64,000 nucleotides of DNA from Bacillota bacterium. Lineage in GTDB: Bacteria > Bacillota > Dethiobacteria > DTU022 > UBA8154. The notes under the pieces are model-generated. The model saw only the letters and a program-made list of their open reading frames with translations, had not been told where the DNA came from and did no database searches. Positions 1 through 9,236 of this stretch are shown piece after piece (positions within the stretch are counted from its first letter, which is position 1; the number at the start of each line of letters is the position of its first letter). A program made the translations under genes and the position numbers. Location of the stretch: the NCBI GenBank assembly GCA_030656575.1, contig JAUSPO010000030.1, positions 63,298 through 127,297 on the forward strand. The letters are read 5' to 3'.

Positions 1-644
1 ACAATTGTTTTCTTAGTTCCCGAAAGGCCTGCCGCGCTTTTTTTCTATAAATAGTGATTGCTGCTATCACTAAAGGGATAATACTGAAAGATATGAGTGC
101 CAGAGTAGTATGCAGGCGAAGCATTATAATCACGATTCCTGTCAGCATAAAAAGATCTTTGATAAAATTCACCAGGAAACTGGTGTACATTTCATTTAGA
201 GTCTCTGCATCGTTTGTTACTTTTGTCACCACGCGTCCAACCGGATTCTTATCGAAAAACTGGATCGGCAGCTTCTGTAAGTGGGAAAAGAGTTCCATTC
301 GAATATTATGAATGATACGCTGACCTGTTTGCATGAGTATAATAAACTGGAGATAATTTAAAACCATTCCCAGAGCATAAATAAAAAGAAAATAAATTCC
401 CAGTCTTTGAAGACCCCTTGGTGTTCCGGGTCCAAGAATGTAATCATCGATAGCAATTTTCAGGATATAAGGCTGGGCAAGTTGGATTGATGTTACAATA
501 AGAATTAAAAGAAGAGAAAGGAAGAGCATCCCTGAATAAGGGCGGGCATACGTCAAGAGTCTTTTAAAAACTTTAGGATCGTAACCCGGTGTCAGTTCCT
601 CGTGAAAATTGTGATGATCGTGCATCAATTATCTCCTTCCGCAC
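1..644 (-). CDS. ABC transporter permease/ATP-binding protein, N-terminal transmembrane domain only; gene runs off the window start
   Basis: Minus-strand translation from ATG at 642-644 gives MHDHHNFHEELTPGYDPKVFKRLLTYARPYSGMLF...GRVVTKVTNDAETL. This has the typical type-I ABC exporter TMD architecture. Its start overlaps the stop of the upstream ABC gene, as expected for a heterodimeric pair. It is absent from the ORF track, presumably because it is edge-truncated. Confidence 0.6.
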
Positions 645-2420
645 CTAAAGGATTTCTTCCCAGAGCTGCTGTTCACATAAAAGGAAATACTGTCCTTTTT
701 TTTGCAGAAGCTCCCGGTGATTTCCTTCTTCCACCAGGCGGCCTTTTTCAAAGACCAGAACTTTGTCTGCTCTGCGTAAAACCTTAAGGCGATGGGAACT
801 GATGAGCATTGTGACATTCATACGGTCATCCTGGAGGTTATTAATGATCTGTTCTTCCGTAGTTATATCCACTGAAGAAAGAGCATCGTCTAAAATTAAT
901 AACCTGGGTCTTGCCAGAAGGGCTCTGGCAAGAGCAACCCGTTGCTGCTGACCGCCAGAGAGCGTCACACCCCTTTCCCCCACCATAGTGTCATATTTTT
1001 CAGGAAAATGTTCAATCTCCTGGTCCAGGGCAACTAGCTTTGAGACCTCTTTAATTTCCTCTAAAGATGCTCCGGGGCAGATAAAAGCGATATTTTCTGC
1101 AATTGTGGCAGAAAAGATAAAGTTGTCCTGGGGGACATATCCTATTTGTTCTCTCCAGGTTTTCAGAGGAATTCGATTAAGCTCGTGTCGGCCTACAAGT
1201 ATTCGCCCCTCATTAGGTTCGAAAAGTCGTAGAATTAGATAGATAAGCGTTGATTTTCCGCTTCCTGTCCGGCCTGCGATGGCAGTGGTCTTTCCGTTAG
1301 ATATTGTGAGAGAAATATTGCTTAGCGCATGGTTTGGATCATCAGGAAAGTTAAACGTTATATTCTCTAAGATGATATCATTTTGGAGTTCCTCTTTTTT
1401 TAAGAAAATCGGTTGAGATGGTTCTAATATCTCAGAATTTTTCTGCAAAAGATGGTTAATTCTTTGCATGGATGCTCTTCCCCTCTGGGTGATATTAATC
1501 ACCCAACCCAAAGCAAGCATTGGCCATGTAAGCAGGACGAGGTAGCCGTTAAATGCTACAAAATCCCCCACAGTAATTTGCCCTTCCATAACAAGATTTC
1601 CGCCGTAAATGAGGACAATAATAAAGCTTAAGAAACTGCAGATATAAATAAGGGGGTCGTAAAAAGCCCACATCCTGTATAGTAAAAAATTCTGTTTTAT
1701 ATAATTATGGGAAGATTTACGGAAACGATTTTTTTCTACCTCATCAAGGGCAAAAGCCTGAACCACCCTCATGGCAGAAATGTTTTCCTGAGTTGTTTCT
1801 GTTAAGGCACCGAAAGCTTCCTGCACTTTCATAAACCTGTTGAAAACTCCTAAACCAAGTTTTTGTGTGCCAAGCGCTAAAAAAGGCAGAGGTATTAATG
1901 CTAATAAAGTCAACCTCAGGTCTGCAGTAAAAAACATAAATATTATTGTGAAAACGCTTAAGAAAATGGCATCCACAAGTAAAACAATACTAAAACCAAA
2001 AGAAGTACGCACTGCGTTAATGTCGTTAGTTAGATGAGCCATTAATTCTCCGGTTTTATGCTGAAGATAAAATTTGGGAGATAGTCCCTGAAGATGATTA
2101 AATAAGAGATCACGGAGGTATTTTTCCAGGAGGCGTGCTGTTCCAATAATATAAAGGCGCCAGAGGTATCGGAAGATGGCCATGCCGGCAGCGATAGAAA
2201 TAATCAGCAGAATATATTTATGGAGAATACCCATCCTAACCCCGGGTTCCAGAAGGGCATCGGTAAACAGCCCCAGTATCCTTGGAGTCAGGAGCTGGAG
2301 GGAATCCACAATAATAAGCCAGATTATTCCCAGTAGGTAGCGCCATTTATGTTTGAGGAAAAAATCCTTCAAAGTATAAAAATCTTTCATGGATAATAGC
2401 AGCTCCACTCGGGTTGTCAA
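645..2420 (-). CDS. ABC transporter ATP-binding/permease protein (MsbA/MdlB-like exporter)
   Basis: 591 aa with six TM helices followed by an NBD. Walker A GRTGSGKST, ABC signature LSGGQQQRVALARAL and Walker B LLILDDALSSVD are all present. Confidence 0.85.
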   Translation of the reverse strand: MTTRVELLLSMKDFYTLKDFFLKHKWRYLLGIIWLIIVDSLQLLTPRILGLFTDALLEPGVRMGILHKYILLIISIAAGMAIFRYLWRLYIIGTARLLEKYLRDLLFNHLQGLSPKFYLQHKTGELMAHLTNDINAVRTSFGFSIVLLVDAIFLSVFTIIFMFFTADLRLTLLALIPLPFLALGTQKLGLGVFNRFMKVQEAFGALTETTQENISAMRVVQAFALDEVEKNRFRKSSHNYIKQNFLLYRMWAFYDPLIYICSFLSFIIVLIYGGNLVMEGQITVGDFVAFNGYLVLLTWPMLALGWVINITQRGRASMQRINHLLQKNSEILEPSQPIFLKKEELQNDIILENITFNFPDDPNHALSNISLTISNGKTTAIAGRTGSGKSTLIYLILRLFEPNEGRILVGRHELNRIPLKTWREQIGYVPQDNFIFSATIAENIAFICPGASLEEIKEVSKLVALDQEIEHFPEKYDTMVGERGVTLSGGQQQRVALARALLARPRLLILDDALSSVDITTEEQIINNLQDDRMNVTMLISSHRLKVLRRADKVLVFEKGRLVEEGNHRELLQKKGQYFLLCEQQLWEEIL

Positions 2421-2436
2421 ATATGTTTCAGAACTT

Positions 2437-3069
2437 TCAGCTTAATAGGGCAGCCATTTCCCAGATGATCAGTCCTGGTAAAAGGGCATAATCTTCTGTG
2501 GGAAGATAAGTGGAGGCAGAGGCATCAAAGAGTATATTGGCAGAGGGCGGAAATTCCTCGTCACCATCCCAAAGCACGTAGCCAATGGGTACACGGGGAA
2601 ACGGATGCAAAATCATACAAATGTCACCAAACGGGGCTGGTTTGCCCTCCAGCGATAAAGCAATATTTTCAAATTGCCCGGGCTTATCACCGAAGTATTT
2701 CACAAAAGGTTTAATTGTTCTGTTCTGATAAGGTTCAACATATATCTGCCCGCCGGGGAGTTCTTTAAAAGTAATCCAATCTCCTGTTAGAGGCGTCCCT
2801 GAGGCATTTATGAGATAATGTAAAAATAATATCTGCAGATGGATGGATACTCCCCCACCGTCAAGAAGAGAGCTCACTTCTCCAGTGCGGTGATTTACGA
2901 GATACTTTCTGTTCAGGTAAGGTAAGAGATAACTTTCCTGTTCCCTGTTATAAACCACTCCACTGTTGGTGCAGACTATCCGTGGATCGGCATTGGAAAG
3001 TTCGCTTACGGCTTTCTCCAGAGCCACACCCAGGTTATACTTTTCTTTTTCCGACAATTTTTTATCCAA
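2437..3069 (-). CDS. hypothetical protein (possibly DUF3786-like), first gene of the operon with the two ABC exporter genes
   Basis: 210-aa ORF with an RBS (GGAGG) 6 nt upstream of a TTG start. No motif was recognised with certainty. Confidence 0.35.
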   Translation of the reverse strand: MDKKLSEKEKYNLGVALEKAVSELSNADPRIVCTNSGVVYNREQESYLLPYLNRKYLVNHRTGEVSSLLDGGGVSIHLQILFLHYLINASGTPLTGDWITFKELPGGQIYVEPYQNRTIKPFVKYFGDKPGQFENIALSLEGKPAPFGDICMILHPFPRVPIGYVLWDGDEEFPPSANILFDASASTYLPTEDYALLPGLIIWEMAALLS

Positions 3070-3105
3070 AACGTACCCTCCTGTTCTATTCAGGTATTCA
3101 GAAGC

Positions 3106-3136
3106 CAGTAGTCAGTAGTCAGTAGTCAGTAGTCAG
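3106..3136. repeat. perfect tandem heptanucleotide repeat (CAGTAGT)x4 plus CAG in the 5' leader of the minus-strand operon
   Basis: Direct read of the sequence: cagtagtcagtagtcagtagtcagtagtcag. Confidence 0.9.
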
Positions 3137-3194
3137 AATACTTAAGTTCTCTCATTATTCCAGATTTCGGGCACTCCGACTCCGGCTCCAAAGA

Positions 3195-3360
3195 CACGGG
3201 GACGGTTCCATCGTCTTCCCATTAGCTTAGGTATGGGGACACACCTCATTTTTCAAGTGGTATGGGGACACACCTCATTTTTCAAGTGGTATGGGGACAC
3301 ACCTCATTCAGAGGAATGTCCCCTATGGAATGTCCCCTATGGAATGTCCTCAAGTCCTTC
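3195..3360. repeat. degenerate, internally triplicated copy of the palindromic repeat element (hairpin GGGGACACACCTC...GAGGAATGTCCCC)
   Basis: cacggggacggttccatcgtcttccc matches the element at 55656-55680. It is followed by three copies of a 29-nt unit (gtatggggacacacctcatttttcaagtg) and two or three copies of gaatgtcccctatg. Confidence 0.6.
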
Positions 3361-3487
3361 GCTGCACTAAGCCCGTGTAGTTACTATTATTTTATCATAT
3401 CTCAATATAAGCTGAAAGTTAGATTGCCTAAAAGCTCTCTTTTGGGATAGAATTAAAGTTACAAATTAGAAAATGGTGGAGTGAATA

Positions 3488-3937
3488 ATGTACCTTGTCA
3501 GCGCCTGTCTTTTAGGGTTAAGAACGCGTTTTGATGGTAAGAAGCTTATAGATTCGGGCCCTTTAATAATTCCCCTAAATAAAATTATCCCCTTTTGTCC
3601 GGAACAGTTGGGGGGGTTATCTACGCCCCGCTTTCCAGCTGAAATTGTTAACGGTTGTGGCGAGGATGTTTTAGAGGGAAGGGCTCACGTTATAAATTCC
3701 AAAGGTGAAAATTTAACCGAAACATTTATTCGAGGTGCCCGCGAATCCCTCTACCTCGCCTGCCTTTACAAAGCAGAGGGTATTTATTTAAAAGACGGGA
3801 GCCCTTCGTGTGGATCCTGTTTTATATATGACGGCACCTTCAGCGGCCGGCGGCAACCTGGAAGAGGAGTTACGGCAGCTCTTTTCAGGCTTGAGGGAAT
3901 TCCTGTCTATAATGAGGCAGACCTTTTTAAGCAGTAA
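3488..3937 (+). CDS. DUF523 family protein (TudS/YbbK-like)
   Basis: 149 aa; the N-terminus MYLVSACLLGLRTRFDGKK and internal Cys residues fit the DUF523 pattern. Confidence 0.5.
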   Translation: MYLVSACLLGLRTRFDGKKLIDSGPLIIPLNKIIPFCPEQLGGLSTPRFPAEIVNGCGEDVLEGRAHVINSKGENLTETFIRGARESLYLACLYKAEGIYLKDGSPSCGSCFIYDGTFSGRRQPGRGVTAALFRLEGIPVYNEADLFKQ

Positions 3938-3983
3938 CTTAGAATCAAATATTCAGAATCACCCAAGAATATTCTTCCAGCAA

Positions 3984-4688
3984 TTATATCTTTTTTAAGA
4001 TGTCAGGTGGAACTTTCCCGGGGTGACGCTTGATCATTTTTTTATGAACAAATAGACTGAAAACACATTCCTGATACATCTGCAGACGGTGACAGAAACC
4101 CCCGAAAAAACCCAGTTTTTCTTCTTTTGTTACATGTGTAATGCCGTGAAGTTCCGGATAACTTACCTTCCTTTTTGCAAGTGCTGCGTACCTGGTGAGC
4201 AGAATTTCAACACCAAAACGGGACCAGTTCAGATCGGGCAGAATTTCCACAAATTCCCTTCTTAATGCGCGTTGACCGTTCAGGACGGAAAAATAATGCT
4301 GAGCCATATTCACATGATTCTTATTCCCGTGTTTGAAAACTCCAATCGTCATATCCGCAGGTTCCGGCCAGGTTAGAGGCGTTAGAATTTTTTCAATATG
4401 TTCAATATTGAAATTGATCAGATCTGCATCAAGAAAAAGATAATAATCAGCATCAGGAGCTTTTTCCAATCCTGATTGCAGGACGGCTCCTTTCCCTCTG
4501 TTTTGCTCCCAACGAAGCACCTTTACGGGGAAACGGGAGGCTATCTCAGACGTCTTATCCCGGGAGCCATCGTCCAGAACAATTATTTCGTTTACCAGCG
4601 GTGAGGAAGTTATAACTTCCAATACCCTGGCGATACGAGGTTCTTCGTTATATGCAGGTACCAGAGCAACAGTTTTACGCTCATTCAT
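3984..4688 (-). CDS. family 2 glycosyltransferase
   Basis: ALVPAYNEE...IIVLDDGSRDKT is the GT-A DxD-type N-terminal pattern. Confidence 0.7.
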   Translation of the reverse strand: MNERKTVALVPAYNEEPRIARVLEVITSSPLVNEIIVLDDGSRDKTSEIASRFPVKVLRWEQNRGKGAVLQSGLEKAPDADYYLFLDADLINFNIEHIEKILTPLTWPEPADMTIGVFKHGNKNHVNMAQHYFSVLNGQRALRREFVEILPDLNWSRFGVEILLTRYAALAKRKVSYPELHGITHVTKEEKLGFFGGFCHRLQMYQECVFSLFVHKKMIKRHPGKVPPDILKKI

Positions 4689-4729
4689 AATTATTCTCCC
4701 TTTACCCTTTTCCTTTTACCCTTTTCCTT

Positions 4730-5542
4730 TTATAGTTTTTCCAAAAAGTTGAGAATTCCTTTATTCACTTCCATGCTTTTTTCCAGCATAGGAAGGTGTC
4801 CGCTTCCTGGTATTATTTCCAAATCCGCTTCGGGGATATTACCGGCAAGAAAACGGCTGTATTTTGGAGGTGTCATGAGATCCTGATCCCCGCAAAGTAC
4901 CAATGTAGGCACAAGAATATTCCAAAGCTGTTCCATTACGTCAAAATCATTACATGCTGTGAAATCAGCTAAAAAAACCCCGGGAGAAACAGCTGAGATT
5001 ATTTCCTTCCCTTTTTCAACTAACCCCTGATCTGCTTCTGGCCCATAAAGATATTTATACATTTCCGGAACAAGTTTTCCTTGGCGCAGTGTTTTCATAA
5101 ACCTATCCGCAACGCGCAGTCTTGCCCCTGTAGAAACCAAAATAAGACCCTTTAAATCGGCGGGATACTGCAGTAAGTAAGAAAGAGCAATAGCGCCGCC
5201 AAGGGAATGTCCTATCATAACAAAAGAAGGAAAGTTTAAGCTCTCTGTAAACTCCTTAATGTAATCACAGTAAAGAGATATCTTCTCAGCTGGAACTCCT
5301 GCCGATTTTCCGTGACCGGGAAGATCAACGGCAACGGGGGAAAACCGAATGGCCAGGTCCTTTAATTGATAATACCAAAGCAGACCGTTACTACCTGAGC
5401 CATGGATAAAAAGAAGTGGTGTTTTTGCTAAATCAGGTCTCCCATAGTAAGAGATTGTAAGTCCACTTTTTTTTAGAGTCGTAGAACCTTGTTCAACAGG
5501 CATAACAGTTCTCCTAAAGTGTATTGACAACCCTCTTTTCAT
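4730..5542 (-). CDS. alpha/beta-fold hydrolase
   Basis: Oxyanion/nucleophile motifs HGSGSNG and GHSLGG in a 270-aa protein. Confidence 0.7.
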   Translation of the reverse strand: MKRGLSIHFRRTVMPVEQGSTTLKKSGLTISYYGRPDLAKTPLLFIHGSGSNGLLWYYQLKDLAIRFSPVAVDLPGHGKSAGVPAEKISLYCDYIKEFTESLNFPSFVMIGHSLGGAIALSYLLQYPADLKGLILVSTGARLRVADRFMKTLRQGKLVPEMYKYLYGPEADQGLVEKGKEIISAVSPGVFLADFTACNDFDVMEQLWNILVPTLVLCGDQDLMTPPKYSRFLAGNIPEADLEIIPGSGHLPMLEKSMEVNKGILNFLEKL

Positions 5543-5605
5543 ATTTCTACATTAAATGGAATTTTCCTTTTTAGAGTGATGAACTTTTTGTAGCTTTCTA
5601 TAACC

Positions 5606-5650
5606 CCTGTAACATATCAGATCATGATTGTATATATTATAGTGGGCTTG
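5606..5650 (+). promoter_or_regulatory. candidate promoter shared with the paralogous gene at 7220 (TGTAACA-N17-TATATATTATAGTG)
   Basis: cccctgtaacatatcagatcatgattgtatatattatagtg, about 30-70 nt upstream of the ATG at 5677. The -10-like element resembles the mother-cell sigma (sigK/sigE) CATATA-TA consensus. Confidence 0.3.
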
Positions 5651-5676
5651 TTAATAAGAAGATACGCCCAATAATA

Positions 5677-7074
5677 ATGAAAGGAGAAAATACAATGTCA
5701 AACGATTTAATTGTGAAGCGAAGGCTACTTAAAGTTGAAAAAGTCATTGGTGAAGATACTGTTCGCAGGACTGTGGCAGCAGATGTGGTCCTGCCATTTA
5801 AAGTATTAAAAGTTTTTGATGTCATTGCCCATGTTATGGCCGTTGAAACAGCAGTTCAGGAAGGTGGAGTGCGCGTTGCCGGTGTTGTTCATAAACAGCT
5901 TTTTGTCGTCGATCGAGGAGATATAGTACGGCATGTGGAGGAGGACATTCCTTTTGAGTTCCTTGTTCCTGTTGAAGGGGTTCTGCCTGGAATGAACGTT
6001 CAGACAAATATCCGTATTCTCGAAATAGATAAAACCTTGGTTGATCCCCAAACAGTAAGACAGGTTATTGTTTTAGAGATTTTTGTTAAGGTAACTGTTA
6101 CAAAACAGATTGAAGTAGTTGTGGATGTACGCGGCAAGGATATTATCGTCAAAAAAGAGTTACTAAAGGTTGACAGCGTGGTTGGAGAAGATACTGTCAG
6201 TCAGGTTATTACACCGGTGGCGACACTACCCATAGTTGCCAGGAAAATTTTCCGAATCATACCGTCAGTACGCAATGTAACGGCAGAAGTTCGAACTGAT
6301 ACGGTAATCGTGCGGGGAGTAATTCATAAGCAGGTCTTCCTTGTCGATGAAGGCGATCTGGTACGCCATGTGTCAGAAGATATTCCTTTTACAAATACAA
6401 TAGCTATACCTGGTGCCAGGCCAGGGATGGATGTGCAATTTGATGTGAGTGTTTTCCTGGAAGAATTTAAGTTAATAGATCCTCCCAGCCGAATGCTGCG
6501 CCAGGTTTTGACAATAGAAGCTTTTGTTAAAGTAACTGAAACGCTGCAGATCGAAGTTGTCATCGATGTCAAGGGTCGGAATATAGTCGTAAAAAGAAAA
6601 CTTCTGAAAGTTGAGTCCGTCGTCGTGGATGTCCTCCAGCAGGAGACGGTGCGAGCAGTTGTAAGATTGCCTGTCCAGGCCATTAAGATATTTGATATCA
6701 TGGCCAGCATTGTCAACCTTCAGGCGGAAGCCCGTTTTGACCAGGTAGTTGTGCGGGGGATACTGCACAAGCAGCTCTTCTTCGTTGACCCCGGCGGCCT
6801 GGTACGCCACGAAAGGGAGGATATACCCTTTACCTTTGTGAAATCGGCACCGGGTGCCCGTCCGGGGATGAATGTACAGGTGCGTGCCCGTATTATTGGT
6901 GATATTCGGGCCAGGATAATTGATAACAAGGGTTTGGAAATAGAGCAGGTTGCGGTTATTGAAATCTTTGCAAAAGTTACCCGTACGGTTCAGCTGGAAG
7001 TGGTGGTTGATGTAAAAAGAGTTTTACCTCCACCGAAGCCGTCAAATGACCCACAGCCTTCACCAGAAAGCTAA
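5677..7074 (+). CDS. DUF3794 (SPOCS-type) repeat protein, three internal repeats of about 150 aa; putative spore coat/sporulation protein
   Basis: Internal repeats begin LLKVEKVIGEDTV / LLKVDSVVGEDTV / LLKVESVVVDVLQ, each with HKQ(L/V)F.VD.GD.VRHV and PGARPGM(N/D)VQ. The gene is a paralog of the next one. Confidence 0.55.
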   Translation: MKGENTMSNDLIVKRRLLKVEKVIGEDTVRRTVAADVVLPFKVLKVFDVIAHVMAVETAVQEGGVRVAGVVHKQLFVVDRGDIVRHVEEDIPFEFLVPVEGVLPGMNVQTNIRILEIDKTLVDPQTVRQVIVLEIFVKVTVTKQIEVVVDVRGKDIIVKKELLKVDSVVGEDTVSQVITPVATLPIVARKIFRIIPSVRNVTAEVRTDTVIVRGVIHKQVFLVDEGDLVRHVSEDIPFTNTIAIPGARPGMDVQFDVSVFLEEFKLIDPPSRMLRQVLTIEAFVKVTETLQIEVVIDVKGRNIVVKRKLLKVESVVVDVLQQETVRAVVRLPVQAIKIFDIMASIVNLQAEARFDQVVVRGILHKQLFFVDPGGLVRHEREDIPFTFVKSAPGARPGMNVQVRARIIGDIRARIIDNKGLEIEQVAVIEIFAKVTRTVQLEVVVDVKRVLPPPKPSNDPQPSPES

Positions 7075-7149
7075 GGAGAAAAAGGTGATTATATTCATAG
7101 CTTAATCCCTATGATTATCTGAAACCTTTTATGTTTTCTTAATACCCCT

Positions 7150-7190
7150 GTAACACTACAGGGGTATCTTGTATATATTATAGTGAACCT
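7150..7190 (+). promoter_or_regulatory. candidate promoter for the second DUF3794 gene; includes the perfect palindrome CCCCTGTAACACTACAGGGG
   Basis: acccctgtaacactacaggggtatcttgtatatattatagtg. The TGTAACA to TATATA spacing (17 nt) is the same as at 5606-5650. The palindrome could also terminate the upstream gene. Confidence 0.3.
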
Positions 7191-7219
7191 TAAAAGCATA
7201 ATTGAAAGGAGGGTAAAAA

Positions 7220-8923
7220 ATGTCTGACCTTTTAGTCAAAAGACAATTACTTAAAGTTGATCGGGTAATTGGTGAGGATACGGTTCGGGAAACAGTTGAA
7301 GCCACCATTACACTGCCTTTTTCCATCATCAAAGTATTTGATGTAATCGCCAGCGTAACCGACATTGAAACTGAAACGAAGGAAGGAGGCGTTATGGTCT
7401 CCGGGGTTATTCACAAGCAGCTTTTTGTTGTGGATAAGGGAGATGTGGTACGCCATGTTCCTGAAGACGTTCCCTTTAGCGTCTTTGTAGATATTCCGGG
7501 GACGACCAATAATATGGACGCCCATGTGGATGTGCGCATCCTTGCCCTGGACACAGAAGTGCTAGAATACGGTAAGAAAGTGCGGCAAACCATTGTTCTG
7601 GAGATATTTGTCAAAGTTACCACCATCCAACAGATCGAAGTAGTTATCGATGTTCTTGGTAAGGATATCATCGTCAAAAAAGAACTGCTTAAGGTAGATA
7701 GTGTGGTCGGAGAGGACACTGCAGTCTTTACTCTTACCCCTACCGCAACTCTGCCCATAACGGCCAAGAAAATCTTTCGCATCATCCCTTCAGTGCGTGA
7801 TGTAAGCGCAGAGGTAAAGGAGAACACCGTGATTGTGAAGGGTGTCATCCACAAGCAGATTTTCCTCGTTGATGAAGGGGATCTGGTGCGCCATGTCGCT
7901 GAGGATGTTCCCTTTACCCGGACGGTCGATATTCCCGGTGCCAGGCCTGGTATGGATGTGCAGGTGAGAGTCAGGGTAGTACTTGAAGATTTTCAGTTAG
8001 TTAATCCTCCCAGCCGTCAGCTGCGCCAGACCCTTGTTGTGGAAGCCTTTGTGAAGGTTACGGAGGTACTTCAGATCGAAGTAGTGGTTGATGTGCAGGG
8101 TAGGGGCATTGAGGTAATCAAAAAGCTTCTCAAAGTGGAAAGCGTGGTTGTAGATGTGCGTCAGAAAGAGACGCTCCGCTCGACTGTAACCCTGCCGCAG
8201 AAGCCTACCAAGATTCTCGAGATTGTGGCCGAAATTGTCAACCTGAGGGCGGAGGCCCGTACCGACCAGGTGATCGTGAAGGGTATTCTCCATAAACAGA
8301 TCTTCTTTGTGGAAGAAGCAGGAGACCTGCTGCGCCACTTCCGGGAAGATGTGCCCTTTACCTTTGTAAAGACGGCCAGAGGGGCACGTCCGGGTATGAA
8401 CGTGCAGGTCCGGGCCAGTATTGTCGGAGAGATCATAACCAGGCTTAACGGCAGAGAACTGGAACAGACCGCCGTGATCGATATCTTTGCGAAAGTCACC
8501 CGCACGGTCCAACTTGAAGTATTAGTCGATGTAAGAAGAGTAGCGCCAGTTCCGCCAGTTCCGCCAGTTCCGCCGATTCCGCCGTTCCCGCCGAAGCCGC
8601 CACCGCTGGCGAAGAAGTACATTGTGCAGAAGGGTGATACTCTCTGGAAAATCGCCAAGCGCTTTGGGGTATCACTGGATGCCCTTATCAGGGCAAATCC
8701 ACAGATCCAGAATCCCGATCTGATTTTCCCGGGTGATGTTGTCTTTATTCCCGAAGTACATGTGCCAAAGCCTCCCACAAAGAGGTATGTAGTCCAAAAG
8801 GGAGATACTCTCTTTCTCATTGCCAAGCGCTTTGGGGTATCACTGGATGCTCTTATCAGGGCCAATCCACAGATTGCGAATCCTAACCTGATTTTCCCTG
8901 GAGATATAGTATTTATTCCTTAA
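7220..8923 (+). CDS. DUF3794 repeat protein with a Pro-rich linker and two C-terminal LysM domains (SipL/SpoVID-like morphogenetic coat protein candidate)
   Basis: Four DUF3794-like repeats, then PVPPVPPVPPIPPFPPKPPP, then two LysM units (YIVQKGDTLWKIAKRFGVSLDALIRANPQI.NP.LIFPGD.VFIP). Confidence 0.6.
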   Translation: MSDLLVKRQLLKVDRVIGEDTVRETVEATITLPFSIIKVFDVIASVTDIETETKEGGVMVSGVIHKQLFVVDKGDVVRHVPEDVPFSVFVDIPGTTNNMDAHVDVRILALDTEVLEYGKKVRQTIVLEIFVKVTTIQQIEVVIDVLGKDIIVKKELLKVDSVVGEDTAVFTLTPTATLPITAKKIFRIIPSVRDVSAEVKENTVIVKGVIHKQIFLVDEGDLVRHVAEDVPFTRTVDIPGARPGMDVQVRVRVVLEDFQLVNPPSRQLRQTLVVEAFVKVTEVLQIEVVVDVQGRGIEVIKKLLKVESVVVDVRQKETLRSTVTLPQKPTKILEIVAEIVNLRAEARTDQVIVKGILHKQIFFVEEAGDLLRHFREDVPFTFVKTARGARPGMNVQVRASIVGEIITRLNGRELEQTAVIDIFAKVTRTVQLEVLVDVRRVAPVPPVPPVPPIPPFPPKPPPLAKKYIVQKGDTLWKIAKRFGVSLDALIRANPQIQNPDLIFPGDVVFIPEVHVPKPPTKRYVVQKGDTLFLIAKRFGVSLDALIRANPQIANPNLIFPGDIVFIP

Positions 8924-8992
8924 GTTGAAGGGGAAAAGATGATGAGTTGAAATCCTGAGATTGTGGGAAGCCTAAGGGTGAGCTGAATAGAA

Positions 8993-9024
8993 GGAGTCGG
9001 TTAAGTAAACCGGCTCCTTTTCCG
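8993..9024 (+). terminator. rho-independent terminator after the DUF3794/LysM gene
   Basis: ggagtcggtt-aagtaa-accggctcc followed by ttttcc. Confidence 0.5.
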
Positions 9025-9236
9025 TTTCTGTGCTTAAATTACCATTATCTGTTATATAGTAGTATTTGTTGACATTTTCCTCTAATAAAGACTATCATTT
9101 TCCTGGGAAGGTATCTTCAGGGAATAGAGGATGAAAAGAAAGGAGAAGGGTCAGCATACAGTTTGTGTATAAGCTGTAATTTGATTATAATTATAGCACA
9201 GATTACCAGATATGTAAGAAAGGAGAATTTAAGTTT

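Noticed and set aside
3100-3360. Possible CRISPR array suggested by the regularly repeated units
   Set aside because: The units are contiguous tandem repeats of 7 and 29 nt with no unique spacers, and there are no cas genes nearby. They are better explained as a degenerate copy of the palindromic repeat element.
3262-3450. Track ORF 3262..3450 (+, 62 aa) and the N-terminal 11 codons of the ORF at 32259
   Set aside because: Both give the peptide ...GMSPMECPLW / MSPMEC.... These are translations of the repeat hairpin, not genes, so the HAD gene start was moved to 32292.
5806-8865. Minus-strand ORFs of 81-234 aa (5806-6051, 6324-6716, 6472-6810, 6720-6929, 7247-7525, 7411-7854, 7997-8512, 8161-8865)
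   Set aside because: They lie antisense within the two long repetitive DUF3794 genes, have a low-complexity S/T/R-rich composition and no RBS. They are typical shadow ORFs.
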